Shown piece after piece: positions 27,976-36,629 of a DNA stretch of 64,000 bases (position 1 is the first letter of the stretch; the number at the start of each line of letters is the position of its first letter). The position numbers and the translations under genes are program-made. The notes under the pieces were generated by a model. It searched no databases. It was given only the letters and a program-made list of their open reading frames with translations, and was not told the DNA's origin. Source of the DNA: a bacterium (GTDB lineage: Bacteria; Omnitrophota; Gorgyraeia; Zapsychrales; Zapsychraceae); NCBI GenBank assembly GCA_030429765.1, contig JAUIER010000007.1:68372-132371 (forward strand), given 5' to 3'.

Positions 27976-28830
27976 TTACATCCGCTCAAGCTCTTCGCCG
28001 GCGGCCTCGGAAGGTTTCCAGAAAAAACCTCCGTAATTGGGATCCCAGCACTGTGAGTAACTGAAATCCTTGATGAGTTTTTCAAACGCACCGCGCGCTT
28101 CGTCGGTCTGTTCCTGGGCCATCAGGGCCTTACCCTGAATAAAGTAGCTGGTCCCGACATCATTAAGCGCCCAGTAATTTTGATGAATTGAATCGGCGTC
28201 GCCGGTGGGAAACTCGGTGAGCTGCTTCTGCATCTCAATGGCCTTGTCCGAATACAACTCAATGACTTTGTCCGTGTAGATCTTGACGGCCTTGTAGTCA
28301 TTTTTGTCCAGTGCCTTCCAGGCCTGTGTTGTTAAAAAGGCCGATGACATATCGCCCATTTCCACATTGATGCCTGACTCGAGGATCACCAATTTGTCCT
28401 TGGCCGCGGCGGCCGGTCGCCAGAAAAATTCACTCTTCGGATCCCAGGTCTGTCCGTAGTGAAACTCATCGATGATCTGATTGTATGAAGCCTTGGCTTC
28501 GTCGATCATCTCGACGTCCTGATACATCTGGCCTTGAATAAATAGGATTGTCGCGACGTCATTCAGCGCCCAATAGCCGAAGACCTCTTTTTCCGAGCCT
28601 TGAGGAAAGGCATTCAGACGGGATTGCATGTCGCGCGCGATGTCGCCATACAATTCCAGACACTTATCGGCGTACTGCGCCACGGCTTCGATATCGCCTT
28701 CGGCTGACGCCTTCCATGCCTTGTTGACCAGCGTTTCCGAACTAAAATCGCCGAAATCCACCGCGAAACACGGCGCGCTGACCGCTAAACACACTGCACC
28801 TACAAACGTACGTAGTAACCAATTCTTCAT
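27976..28830 (-). CDS. Secreted TPR-like protein with two ~130-aa internal repeats
   Basis: Duplicated SS..L...AW.A...Y.DK..ELY...A..MQ..L..FP.G...YWALNDV.T..FIQG...Q.WDP..FFW.P unit; start re-called to ATG 28830 after AGGGGG. Confidence 0.8.
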   Translation of the reverse strand: MKNWLLRTFVGAVCLAVSAPCFAVDFGDFSSETLVNKAWKASAEGDIEAVAQYADKCLELYGDIARDMQSRLNAFPQGSEKEVFGYWALNDVATILFIQGQMYQDVEMIDEAKASYNQIIDEFHYGQTWDPKSEFFWRPAAAAKDKLVILESGINVEMGDMSSAFLTTQAWKALDKNDYKAVKIYTDKVIELYSDKAIEMQKQLTEFPTGDADSIHQNYWALNDVGTSYFIQGKALMAQEQTDEARGAFEKLIKDFSYSQCWDPNYGGFFWKPSEAAGEELERM

Positions 28831-28965
28831 ACATCCCCCTTTCGGTAGCACCCACAACATCTCTGCAAAGATACTCTATTATACCATAAAACCTCATAAA
28901 TGACGAAAATTCAGGGAGTTAAGGAAATTCTTCGAAAAAATCGGAAGGAGGGTATCAAGGAGAAA

Positions 28966-29307
28966 CTAGACGGCACCGGTCTCGGACAAGACCGTTCCGG
29001 AAAGCATCATGGCGGTGAGGACCAGCCACAAAATCCATAACAGCACAAAATATCCGCCCAGCATCCAGCGGCCGCGAAATAAACGGACCAGCACCGCAAT
29101 AAGCGAGGTCACCATGAAGACCATGATCAGGCTGCCCACCACCCAACCGGCGTAAAATTGAAAGTTACGGCTGCCGAGGACCACTTCAAACAGCGCGCAA
29201 ATCGCAGCAAAATTCAGGACCGTCATGACCAGGGCTGATATCCCGAGGATACGCCAAAATTTGTCACGCGTCATGGGTATTTTTTCTTCGGGCGGGATTG
29301 GATTCAT
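28966..29307 (-). CDS. 3-TM membrane protein, probably leaderless
   Basis: TGGTATACT extended -10 lies 6 nt before ATG 29307; hydrophobic helices. Confidence 0.6.
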   Translation of the reverse strand: MNPIPPEEKIPMTRDKFWRILGISALVMTVLNFAAICALFEVVLGSRNFQFYAGWVVGSLIMVFMVTSLIAVLVRLFRGRWMLGGYFVLLWILWLVLTAMMLSGTVLSETGAV

Positions 29308-29388
29308 AGGATCAGTATACCACAACAGGCCACAGCCGTCCCCCCATGTCTGGGAAAAACGGCTGCCGCTTGCTGTACGATGAATCGA

Positions 29389-29817
29389 TTATTCAAACAC
29401 ACTTTTCTTGGACGTCACCGCGTGCCCTTGTGAATTTTCTTCGATGATCTTGATGAACTGGTCACTGGCAAGCTTGGCTTTCCCTTGACCTTGATAAATC
29501 TCGGCCAGTGAAAACCGGATCGAATTGCGCGCGGCCCGATCATGCACCACCTCAAGGGCCTGATTGAGAACTTGCTCCAGACGTTCGGTCTCTCCATTGG
29601 CCATATACAGATCCTTGAGACTGTTCTGTGCGATACCGATCGCGTTGGACGGATTATCAATCACTTCAATCCAGTGCGCGAGAAAGTCGATGTAGACATT
29701 CATTAGCTCGACACCTTTGATTTCATCGGCGATATCCTTGGCCTGAGCCGCCGACGGTTGCAGCGCTCCGCTGCATAAAATACCGATTAATACTGCGATG
29801 ATGCTGAATTTTTTCAT
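29389..29817 (-). CDS. Secreted TPR-like helical protein
   Basis: Signal peptide ending AQA; RBS AGGAGG; LAEIY..QG....A...F..II motif. Confidence 0.7.
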   Translation of the reverse strand: MKKFSIIAVLIGILCSGALQPSAAQAKDIADEIKGVELMNVYIDFLAHWIEVIDNPSNAIGIAQNSLKDLYMANGETERLEQVLNQALEVVHDRAARNSIRFSLAEIYQGQGKAKLASDQFIKIIEENSQGHAVTSKKSVFE

Positions 29818-29833
29818 GTTTGCCTCCTGTTGA

Positions 29834-30394
29834 TTAAGACTTCTGAATTCCTGATATGGTCTTTATGTGTAGATTGATTCTGGGTTTCCGCGGAAATTTT
29901 GGTTGGGTCATCGTCGACACGTTTGATGGACCCGACATCATGCTCACCGGCTTGACCGACGTGCGTAAACGAATCGTCGGTGTCTGTAGCCGCGATGACA
30001 TCGGTTCAGCCTTCACCAGATGCGACACGGATCCAGGCTGGACGACGGGACTGTCGGGCTTTTGATGGATCAGCTTGATCACCATCACGGCCATGAGCAG
30101 CACAATCGTTAATCCGGCCGCGGCCTGCCGAAATCTCCTGCTCCGTGACGAGACGATCTCCCGGCGTTCCATCTTGTGATGGATCTCATAGACGAATACG
30201 TCCCCGCCGGAGAAATCCTGCGGCGGTGGAGTGACACGGTTGAGAACGGTCAGCGTCGACTTAAGTTCTTCTGTCACTTTTTGACAGGCCATGCATTCTT
30301 TTAAATGACTCTCCATCCGCATCTGCTGTTTGGAAGAAAGCTCGCCTAGTAGATACCCGATCCATTCATTTCGCTTATGCCGACATTTCATCAT
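29834..30394 (-). CDS. Zinc-binding (zf-HC2/ZAS) transmembrane anti-sigma factor
   Basis: YL.GEL.......ME.HLKECMAC (HxxxCxxC) and one TM segment; overlaps the sigma gene. Confidence 0.85.
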   Translation of the reverse strand: MMKCRHKRNEWIGYLLGELSSKQQMRMESHLKECMACQKVTEELKSTLTVLNRVTPPPQDFSGGDVFVYEIHHKMERREIVSSRSRRFRQAAAGLTIVLLMAVMVIKLIHQKPDSPVVQPGSVSHLVKAEPMSSRLQTPTIRLRTSVKPVSMMSGPSNVSTMTQPKFPRKPRINLHIKTISGIQKS

Positions 30395-30944
30395 ACGTCT
30401 GCTCCTTCTTGACTATTTGACTCAACCGTTTCATCGCCTGGTTGAGCAAGGCCTTGACCGTTCCGGGGCGGCATTGCATCACCGCCGCTGTGTCTTCAAC
30501 GCTTAGCCGTTCATAGATCCTCAGTAGAACCACTTGATGCTGACGTTTGGGCAACTGCCCGAGCACGCGCTTGATCATCGCCTTCTGCTCCTGGTAATGC
30601 ATGCCGACTTGAGCTTCCGGATGCGTCTGCAGCTCCTTGTGCTCACCGATATACTCATAGTAGTCGAGGCGGCTGTGTTTGCGCCGCCAGTTCCGGGCCA
30701 GGTTCCAGGTGGTCTGATACAGCCACGTGAAAAACTTGGCCTTGAACCGCCACTTGGGCAGCATTTGATGGGCCTTGATGAAGACCTCCTGGGCGATGTC
30801 CCGGGACTCCTCCTGCTGTCCGATCACCCGGTACGCCATCCGGCACACCGCCGCCTGATGCCGCCGGACCAGATCATTGAAGGCCTCGACGGATCCGGCC
30901 TGAAATTCCCGGATAAGCTCTGCGTCTGGATCTTGAATTTTCAT
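30375..30944 (-). CDS. ECF RNA polymerase sigma factor
   Basis: D.ELI.....G...AF..LV.RH, DIAQEVF, F.TWLY and LP.RQ..V..LR...LS..DTA..M....GTVK motifs. Confidence 0.95.
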   Translation of the reverse strand: MKIQDPDAELIREFQAGSVEAFNDLVRRHQAAVCRMAYRVIGQQEESRDIAQEVFIKAHQMLPKWRFKAKFFTWLYQTTWNLARNWRRKHSRLDYYEYIGEHKELQTHPEAQVGMHYQEQKAMIKRVLGQLPKRQHQVVLLRIYERLSVEDTAAVMQCRPGTVKALLNQAMKRLSQIVKKEQTYDEMSA

Positions 30945-30973
30945 AAATGAATTGTCCTAACCTCGCCTTTCAT
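30941..30973 (-). other. Putative leaderless uORF MKGEVRTIHL, coupled to the sigma start
   Basis: ATG AAA GGC GAG GTT AGG ACA ATT CAT TTA TGA; its stop overlaps the sigma ATG (ATGA). Confidence 0.5.
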
Positions 30974-30977
30974 AGGT

Positions 30978-31004
30978 TAGTGTCGCATCAGAAGAAAAGG
31001 TTTA
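30978..31004 (-). promoter_or_regulatory. Putative ECF autoregulatory promoter
   Basis: TAAAC-N16-ACACTA, with the same AAC-to-ATG spacing as the promoter at 35356-35381. Confidence 0.5.
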
Positions 31005-31046
31005 GATATTTGAATTAAAAATCGCTTAAGTGAGGAATCGTCAATA

Positions 31047-31919
31047 TCAGGCATGTTTGAATCTGTAGTAGGTCAGCCAAATCCCGTACCCGACCAATAT
31101 CAGACCAATCAAATACGATCCAGCAATGACAAGAACTTGAGGAATCATGATCCCAAATCCAAGCAGGATTTGAACGCCTTCATTCCAATCTTTGCGATCC
31201 AGGAACGTCGGTATAATCGGAAACCATTTATTGCGCAGCAGGATTGTCATGAGCGATGGGAAAAGTATGCCCAACGCAAAAAATGTTATGGGACGTTCAT
31301 TTTTTCCGGGCACGAAGGGTTTATTGATCTCGGCTTTGAGCTGCGCCTTGGGTTTCAATACACGGGCTTCCAACTCGGTTTTGGGATGGATTTTTCCAAC
31401 AGCATCGCCAAAGACCAGGGTCTGCCCAACCTCGAAGTGATCAATCCATTGAATCAGTCGATCACCAAATTCTTTGCGCAAACGTGGATACAGCGCCTCA
31501 ATGGCCAGAAAGTCCCGATAGTCCTCGGGCATCAAAACCCGCCAGCTGACTACTTTCCAAATGATACCAAGACCGGCAAAACACCAAAACACGGCCGTAG
31601 CTTCCCCTATACCCAGCCAGACCCGGTATTCACCCGCCGCCTGCCAATTACGCATGACCACCCAGGTCACAAGCGCGACCATGGGAATACTGAGCAAGGG
31701 CCAAATGATCTTTTGCAGGACCATTTGATGGCGACATGCGTGACACATGAAACATGATCGATCGGCAACAAACAGCCAGTCATCCAGATACTGATTGGCC
31801 TGAAGATACTCCCGCTCGCCTCTGCGCCACAGTGTAATCTTGTGCAGACGACCGGGCCTATTCTGACGTTGGCAACGAATACAAGTCGTTAAAGAAGTTT
31901 GCATAGATATTCCACCCAT
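31047..31919 (-). CDS. Hypothetical membrane protein with N-terminal CxxC pairs
   Basis: CIRC...CHAC followed by about 4 TM segments. Confidence 0.6.
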   Translation of the reverse strand: MGGISMQTSLTTCIRCQRQNRPGRLHKITLWRRGEREYLQANQYLDDWLFVADRSCFMCHACRHQMVLQKIIWPLLSIPMVALVTWVVMRNWQAAGEYRVWLGIGEATAVFWCFAGLGIIWKVVSWRVLMPEDYRDFLAIEALYPRLRKEFGDRLIQWIDHFEVGQTLVFGDAVGKIHPKTELEARVLKPKAQLKAEINKPFVPGKNERPITFFALGILFPSLMTILLRNKWFPIIPTFLDRKDWNEGVQILLGFGIMIPQVLVIAGSYLIGLILVGYGIWLTYYRFKHA

Positions 31920-31920
31920 A

Positions 31921-31965
31921 GAAAAGGACAGCCTCCATTTTAGTACAAAAACGGAAGGCTGTCCT
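31921..31965 (-). terminator. Intrinsic terminator after the vWA gene
   Basis: AGGACAGCCT...AGGCTGTCCT stem followed by a short U-tract. Confidence 0.65.
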
Positions 31966-31990
31966 CTGTTTTGATCCGTGAATGATCTGA

Positions 31991-34699
31991 CTACTTAAAC
32001 TGCATCGGTGGTTGCTGGTGGTATGGCTCCGCGTACGGATACGGCTGAGGCTGTGGATAATCATCATACGGAACCGGATAGGTTCGATATTGATAATCCA
32101 ACTGCCGTGCTGTTTCAACCAGGCCGATCAATTCGCTACGTTGTCCATCCTTATCCGAGCCCAAGGAACTGCGCACCGCTCGAAGCACGTGATCATACGA
32201 CGCGTGACCTTTGTAACGTGAATTACGCAACATCAAGCCAAACTCGGCGACCGCCGCGGCAAATTGCAGATCCCCGCTCGGCCGGGACAGAATATGATTT
32301 TGCTGCACCACCCGCTTGATCAATCGGCTTCGATTGCCGTTGGGTTTTTTATATCGGAGTTTGACCGTCATCAATTCCGGATTATTCCAGATGCTGGGGC
32401 GCCGTTGATACTTCAGCGGGTCCACGCCACTCTTGTACTGCTGGTACGGCATCGGCCGCATCCCGACGGGAACCACTTCATAAATTGCGGTCACAGTGTG
32501 TCCCGCGCCGATCTCGCCGGCATCCACCCGGTCGTCATTAAAGTCCTGTTTGGCCAACATACGGTTTTCGTAACCGATCAGACGGTACGCCTGAATATGA
32601 TCAGGGTTGAACTCAATCTGAACCTTGACATCCTTGGCAATGGTAAACAGGGTCGATCCTAATTCCTGCACCAGGACCTTTTCGCCTTCACGCAGACTGT
32701 CGATGTAGTGATATGTGCCGTTACCGTTGTCGGCAATCTTCTCCATCTTGGCATCCTTGAGATTACCGGTGCCGAAACCGAGTATCGACAGAAACACCCC
32801 TTCTTTGCGTTTGTCGCTGATCAAACGGACCAGCTCATAGTCATTCTGCATCCCGACATTGAAATCTCCGTCGGATGCCATGATGACCCGGTTGTTTCCG
32901 TTCTTGATATAATTATCACGCGCAATTCGGTAGGCCAATTTGAGACCGGCCTCACCGGCCGTCGATCCGCCGGCCCGTAGGCTGTCGATCGCGGCATGAA
33001 TGCGGGCTTTGTACGCGCCGGGTGTTGAGTCCAATACCAATCGGGCTGAGCCCGAATACGTGACAATAGCCACGCGCTGATCATCCCGCAATTGATCGAC
33101 CATCATCTTCAAACACCGTTTCAGCAACGGCAGTTTGTTGCGGTTGTTCATCGAACCCGAGACATCGATTAAAAACACCAGATTGCTCGGCGGAATTTTG
33201 CGCTCGGACGGAACAGCGCCCTGTAAACCGATCCGGACCAGATAATGACCGGGATTCCACGGACTCACCGCCGCATCGGTGTTGACCGAAAACGGCTCAC
33301 CGCGTTTGGGTTGATCGTAGTCGTAACTAAAGTAGTTGAGCATCTCCTCGATCCGGACCGATGCGGCCGGTGGCATTTGGCCTTGCTTGAGGAAACGGCG
33401 AATATTGGAATACGACGCCGTATCCACGTCCACGGAGAACGTCGATAGCGGATTATTCTTGGCCGACATAAACGGATTTTCATACACCGGATCATACTCT
33501 TCGGTATTCGAACGGCGGACGTTTCGAGGGCGATAACGATATTCGCCATCTCGGTCATCCTGCCAGTAGCCTTCCCGGTCAACGATCGCCTCTTCGGCTT
33601 CATACTCGTTTTCCAGATAGTATGGTTCATAGGTCGGGGCCGCCCGGCGCGATGAGACGGATGCCTGTCGTTCTGCCCGACCTCCCACAAAATCGGCCTC
33701 AGCCGGAGCCGGGCGTGATTGCGCCGGAAACGCCGGTTCCTGAATGCGTGCAAGCTGTCCGACCTGACTTGTCGATTCCTGGGTCACCCGCGGCTCATAC
33801 CCTGCCACTTGAAATCCTCCGCCTTTCAATCGATTGACCGATGCAACATTCTTGTCACGTTTATACGTTTCGGTCTTTCGAGGTGCGGGAGCCGGATCAC
33901 CTAGACCCTGAATTAACCCCAGGCTGGTGTCATAACTGGATTCCTGGAAACCGCCGGTTCCGCGTGTCCGTTGATTATCCTTCCGGGCCGGGGCGTTGGA
34001 GTACTTCGCTAATTGATCCACCGGCCCCGTTGGCGCGGCAACTTGATTTTGGACGACGGGTGAATCTATGCTGGATTCATCACGATAGGCGTCAGCGAGA
34101 TCAAAACCCGTATCCACTCTGGACGTCTCGACAGCCGCCACTGCCGCGGCCTTTTTGTCTTGAAGTTTACCGCCGACCGATTCTCGGAGAGTGGACGATA
34201 CGACCTCCGGCGCCTGCTTTGCCTTTTGCGCCAGCCGTTCTTTCTGATACGAGGCCTCATTGGCCTTCAGTTTAGCCATTTCCGTCCTTTGTTGCTGCTC
34301 TAAATAAGTTCGATCATAGTCGTCGACACGCTGAGCGTACTTGAATTGGGACTGGTTTGAAAATGTCTTGAGATAAATCGCTCCGATAAACACACATAAC
34401 GCGATGGCGACAAACGCTCCGCCGCCGATGCGCATTGACTTTTTACCTTCCATGATAGGTTCCTCCCGGAGCTTATCATCAAGCAACGATCGCTGTATCT
34501 TGTCCGTCAGGTCGCCGGACACCTGCTCATCCGGCCAATCCTGCAGTAAACTGGACACCTGTTTGAGTTCTTTGTAGTAATCCTGCCATTCCTTGGAATT
34601 CAGAATTAAATCCTCGGCCTGTTTTCGTTCCGCGTCGGACACACAGCCATCTATATATGCTGAAATAAGCTCTTTATATTTTTCGTTGTTGTTAGTCAT
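31991..34699 (-). CDS. Anti-sigma-domain/TM/vWA-YfbK (DUF3520) fusion protein
   Basis: N-terminal ELISAYIDG.....E....E anti-sigma helix and a TM segment; PLSTFSVDVDTASY, DVSGSM (MIDAS), SDGDFNVG, YRLIGYENR and DAGEIGAGH motifs. Confidence 0.9.
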   Translation of the reverse strand: MTNNNEKYKELISAYIDGCVSDAERKQAEDLILNSKEWQDYYKELKQVSSLLQDWPDEQVSGDLTDKIQRSLLDDKLREEPIMEGKKSMRIGGGAFVAIALCVFIGAIYLKTFSNQSQFKYAQRVDDYDRTYLEQQQRTEMAKLKANEASYQKERLAQKAKQAPEVVSSTLRESVGGKLQDKKAAAVAAVETSRVDTGFDLADAYRDESSIDSPVVQNQVAAPTGPVDQLAKYSNAPARKDNQRTRGTGGFQESSYDTSLGLIQGLGDPAPAPRKTETYKRDKNVASVNRLKGGGFQVAGYEPRVTQESTSQVGQLARIQEPAFPAQSRPAPAEADFVGGRAERQASVSSRRAAPTYEPYYLENEYEAEEAIVDREGYWQDDRDGEYRYRPRNVRRSNTEEYDPVYENPFMSAKNNPLSTFSVDVDTASYSNIRRFLKQGQMPPAASVRIEEMLNYFSYDYDQPKRGEPFSVNTDAAVSPWNPGHYLVRIGLQGAVPSERKIPPSNLVFLIDVSGSMNNRNKLPLLKRCLKMMVDQLRDDQRVAIVTYSGSARLVLDSTPGAYKARIHAAIDSLRAGGSTAGEAGLKLAYRIARDNYIKNGNNRVIMASDGDFNVGMQNDYELVRLISDKRKEGVFLSILGFGTGNLKDAKMEKIADNGNGTYHYIDSLREGEKVLVQELGSTLFTIAKDVKVQIEFNPDHIQAYRLIGYENRMLAKQDFNDDRVDAGEIGAGHTVTAIYEVVPVGMRPMPYQQYKSGVDPLKYQRRPSIWNNPELMTVKLRYKKPNGNRSRLIKRVVQQNHILSRPSGDLQFAAAVAEFGLMLRNSRYKGHASYDHVLRAVRSSLGSDKDGQRSELIGLVETARQLDYQYRTYPVPYDDYPQPQPYPYAEPYHQQPPMQFK

Positions 34700-35273
34700 G
34701 GTTCCCCTCCTGAATGTGGGAAGCTAATTCGACTCTCAACGATTCTCTGGCGCGAAAGATCAGGACTTTTACATTCGCCAATGAACAATCAAGAATACCG
34801 GCAATCTCATCGTAAGAAAACCGATGATACTCCCGTAGGACTAATGCCTCGCGCTGCTGAACCGCCAGCTTCGCGATGGCCTGCTGAACCACCCGGGCAC
34901 GCTCCTTGACCGCCAACTCCTCTGAAGAATCCGGCTGATCATCCGCGATGTCCCACTGCTCAGTCTGTGAACTATCTTTTTTCGAAAAGGTCATGGAAAA
35001 GAATCGTCGGGATTTTCGGATCCGATCGATACATTTGTTCCGGGCAATGGTAAACAGCCATGTCGAAAACTTGGCCGTTGTTTGATACCTGTGCTTATGC
35101 CCCATCAAGGTGACAAAGACATCATGCGCGACATCCTCCGCCTCCGCCCGGTTTCCGAGCATCCGCAGACAGAAATTCAGAATTCGATTTTTGTATCGAT
35201 GAAATATCACAGAAATCGCCTCACGGTTTCCTGACTGGTAGTCCAGCATTATCTCTTCGTCGGTTTGATCCAT
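34692..35273 (-). CDS. ECF RNA polymerase sigma factor
   Basis: TDEE.M..YQ.G..EA, AEDV, KFSTWLFTIARN and QREALVLREY..FSY.EIA.IL.....VK..IFRAR motifs. Confidence 0.95.
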   Translation of the reverse strand: MDQTDEEIMLDYQSGNREAISVIFHRYKNRILNFCLRMLGNRAEAEDVAHDVFVTLMGHKHRYQTTAKFSTWLFTIARNKCIDRIRKSRRFFSMTFSKKDSSQTEQWDIADDQPDSSEELAVKERARVVQQAIAKLAVQQREALVLREYHRFSYDEIAGILDCSLANVKVLIFRARESLRVELASHIQEGNHD

Positions 35274-35296
35274 TCTTTAAACCACTTTATGTCAAT

Positions 35297-35333
35297 TAGT
35301 TACGTAACTATCGGGTTCGCGGGCCCGCGAACC
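35297..35333. repeat. Two adjacent perfect palindromes in the sigma 5' leader
   Basis: TAGTTACGTAACTA (35297-35310, 14 bp) and GGTTCGCGGGCCCGCGAACC (35314-35333, 20 bp). Confidence 0.85.
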
Positions 35334-35349
35334 GCTCCTGACCTTTCAT
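35308..35349 (-). other. Putative leaderless uORF MKGQERFAGPRTR
   Basis: ATG lies 6 nt after the CGTT -10 element; 13 codons plus TAG. Confidence 0.45.
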
Positions 35350-35355
35350 TGATTA

Positions 35356-35381
35356 AACGGATGAGATCAGGATAAGTTACA
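35356..35381 (-). promoter_or_regulatory. ECF-type promoter (autoregulatory candidate)
   Basis: TGTAAC-N16-CGTT, the classic AAC/CGT ECF pattern. Confidence 0.75.
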
Positions 35382-35421
35382 AAATATTCAGTCTTTTTTT
35401 GGAGCCCATCCAAGGGGTGTT

Positions 35422-35838
35422 TTAACGATACTTATCATATTTAAGCCCGATATGATGCAGAAACGGCTTAAACCGGCTGTGTTCACTGTCAAACCCGTGA
35501 AACTCACACCCGCAGCGATAGCAATTTAATATAAAGGGAACACGCTTATGCAGCAGCCAGTCAACGCCGGCGAAAACCGGCAGGCTCAGACCATAGGTCC
35601 ATGGCACCAGCACAATGCCGGCCAGCATGATCGTGCATCCTAGAAATTGATTGAAATTTTTGGAGAGGTAGAATTGGCGGCACGGGCACATCGGGCAACG
35701 GTCAAACATGTCATCGGCTTTGTGAACGGTCCCCCACGCCTTGTGGCAGGATGGACACTCGAGTTGGATTTGCCCGGTCCATTCCAGCTGGGCGTACTCA
35801 TGACAGTGTGGACAATGACGTGCGATGATTCGGCTCAC
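35422..35838 (-). CDS. Zn-ribbon membrane protein, last gene of the bc-complex operon
   Basis: CPHC, CPSC, CPMC and CYRC plus a hydrophobic hairpin; start re-called to GTG 35838 overlapping the upstream TGA. Confidence 0.75.
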   Translation of the reverse strand: MSRIIARHCPHCHEYAQLEWTGQIQLECPSCHKAWGTVHKADDMFDRCPMCPCRQFYLSKNFNQFLGCTIMLAGIVLVPWTYGLSLPVFAGVDWLLHKRVPFILNCYRCGCEFHGFDSEHSRFKPFLHHIGLKYDKYR

Positions 35839-36608
35839 AGCACAATTCCGTATTTGATAAGATAAAATTTGTAGGCCATATCGGCCAGTAATACCGCGCA
35901 AAGCACCACGTATAAAACGCCGGTCGCCGCCTGGGTATTCTTTAGCCGGATAATTTCTCGAACCATGAACAATCCGACCAGCGGAAACAACACGCCGAAG
36001 AATATAGGAATGATCAGCAGAAATCCGTCCATTTCACGGATAAACTCAAACAGGCTCAGCCGGTCGCCCTGATACATGACTGTTTGCGTAAACAAATTGA
36101 TCGCATCCCACACACCGCGGATGGCCACTAACATCAACAGGACCGCATTGGAATGACGTAGATGTTTGATCGGTAAGCCATGGACATTCAAATACCAATG
36201 CCCAAGGTTCATCGTATACAGTGATGCGCAAAAAATCAATCCACCCACTATCGAGATCACGAAGACAATCATGCGGGCATCGAACAACTCGACCTGCACT
36301 TGATAGCTGATCCACAGGCCGATCAGTGCCAGGACAGATACCGCTCCTGTAGAGACAGTCTCGCGCCGCCAATAAAACGCCGTTATCCCGATCGCCAACG
36401 CCATCCACAGAACAGAAATATAGCGAAGCGGACCATCAATCGGCATACGGTATACGAAGATCAAGGCGATCACACCGATGATTGTGGGCAGACCTAGATG
36501 AAAATGATGAAAATTGTTACGGAGTGGATCCCGGACACTAATCCAAAAACACAAGGGATACAGAAAGGCAAAATACAGACTGGTTGTTAACGTGATGGTA
36601 GAAAGCAT
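35835..36608 (-). CDS. Multi-pass membrane protein with LGHWYL motif (bc-complex associated)
   Basis: About 8 TM segments; FHHFH, LGHWYLN and TQAATG.LY motifs. Confidence 0.7.
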   Translation of the reverse strand: MLSTITLTTSLYFAFLYPLCFWISVRDPLRNNFHHFHLGLPTIIGVIALIFVYRMPIDGPLRYISVLWMALAIGITAFYWRRETVSTGAVSVLALIGLWISYQVQVELFDARMIVFVISIVGGLIFCASLYTMNLGHWYLNVHGLPIKHLRHSNAVLLMLVAIRGVWDAINLFTQTVMYQGDRLSLFEFIREMDGFLLIIPIFFGVLFPLVGLFMVREIIRLKNTQAATGVLYVVLCAVLLADMAYKFYLIKYGIVL

Positions 36609-36629
36609 ACCGACACCGACCAATGCCTG

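Noticed and set aside
29333-29365. G-U-rich hairpin as an intrinsic terminator
   Set aside because: A stem is present but there is no U-tract on either strand, so its function cannot be supported.
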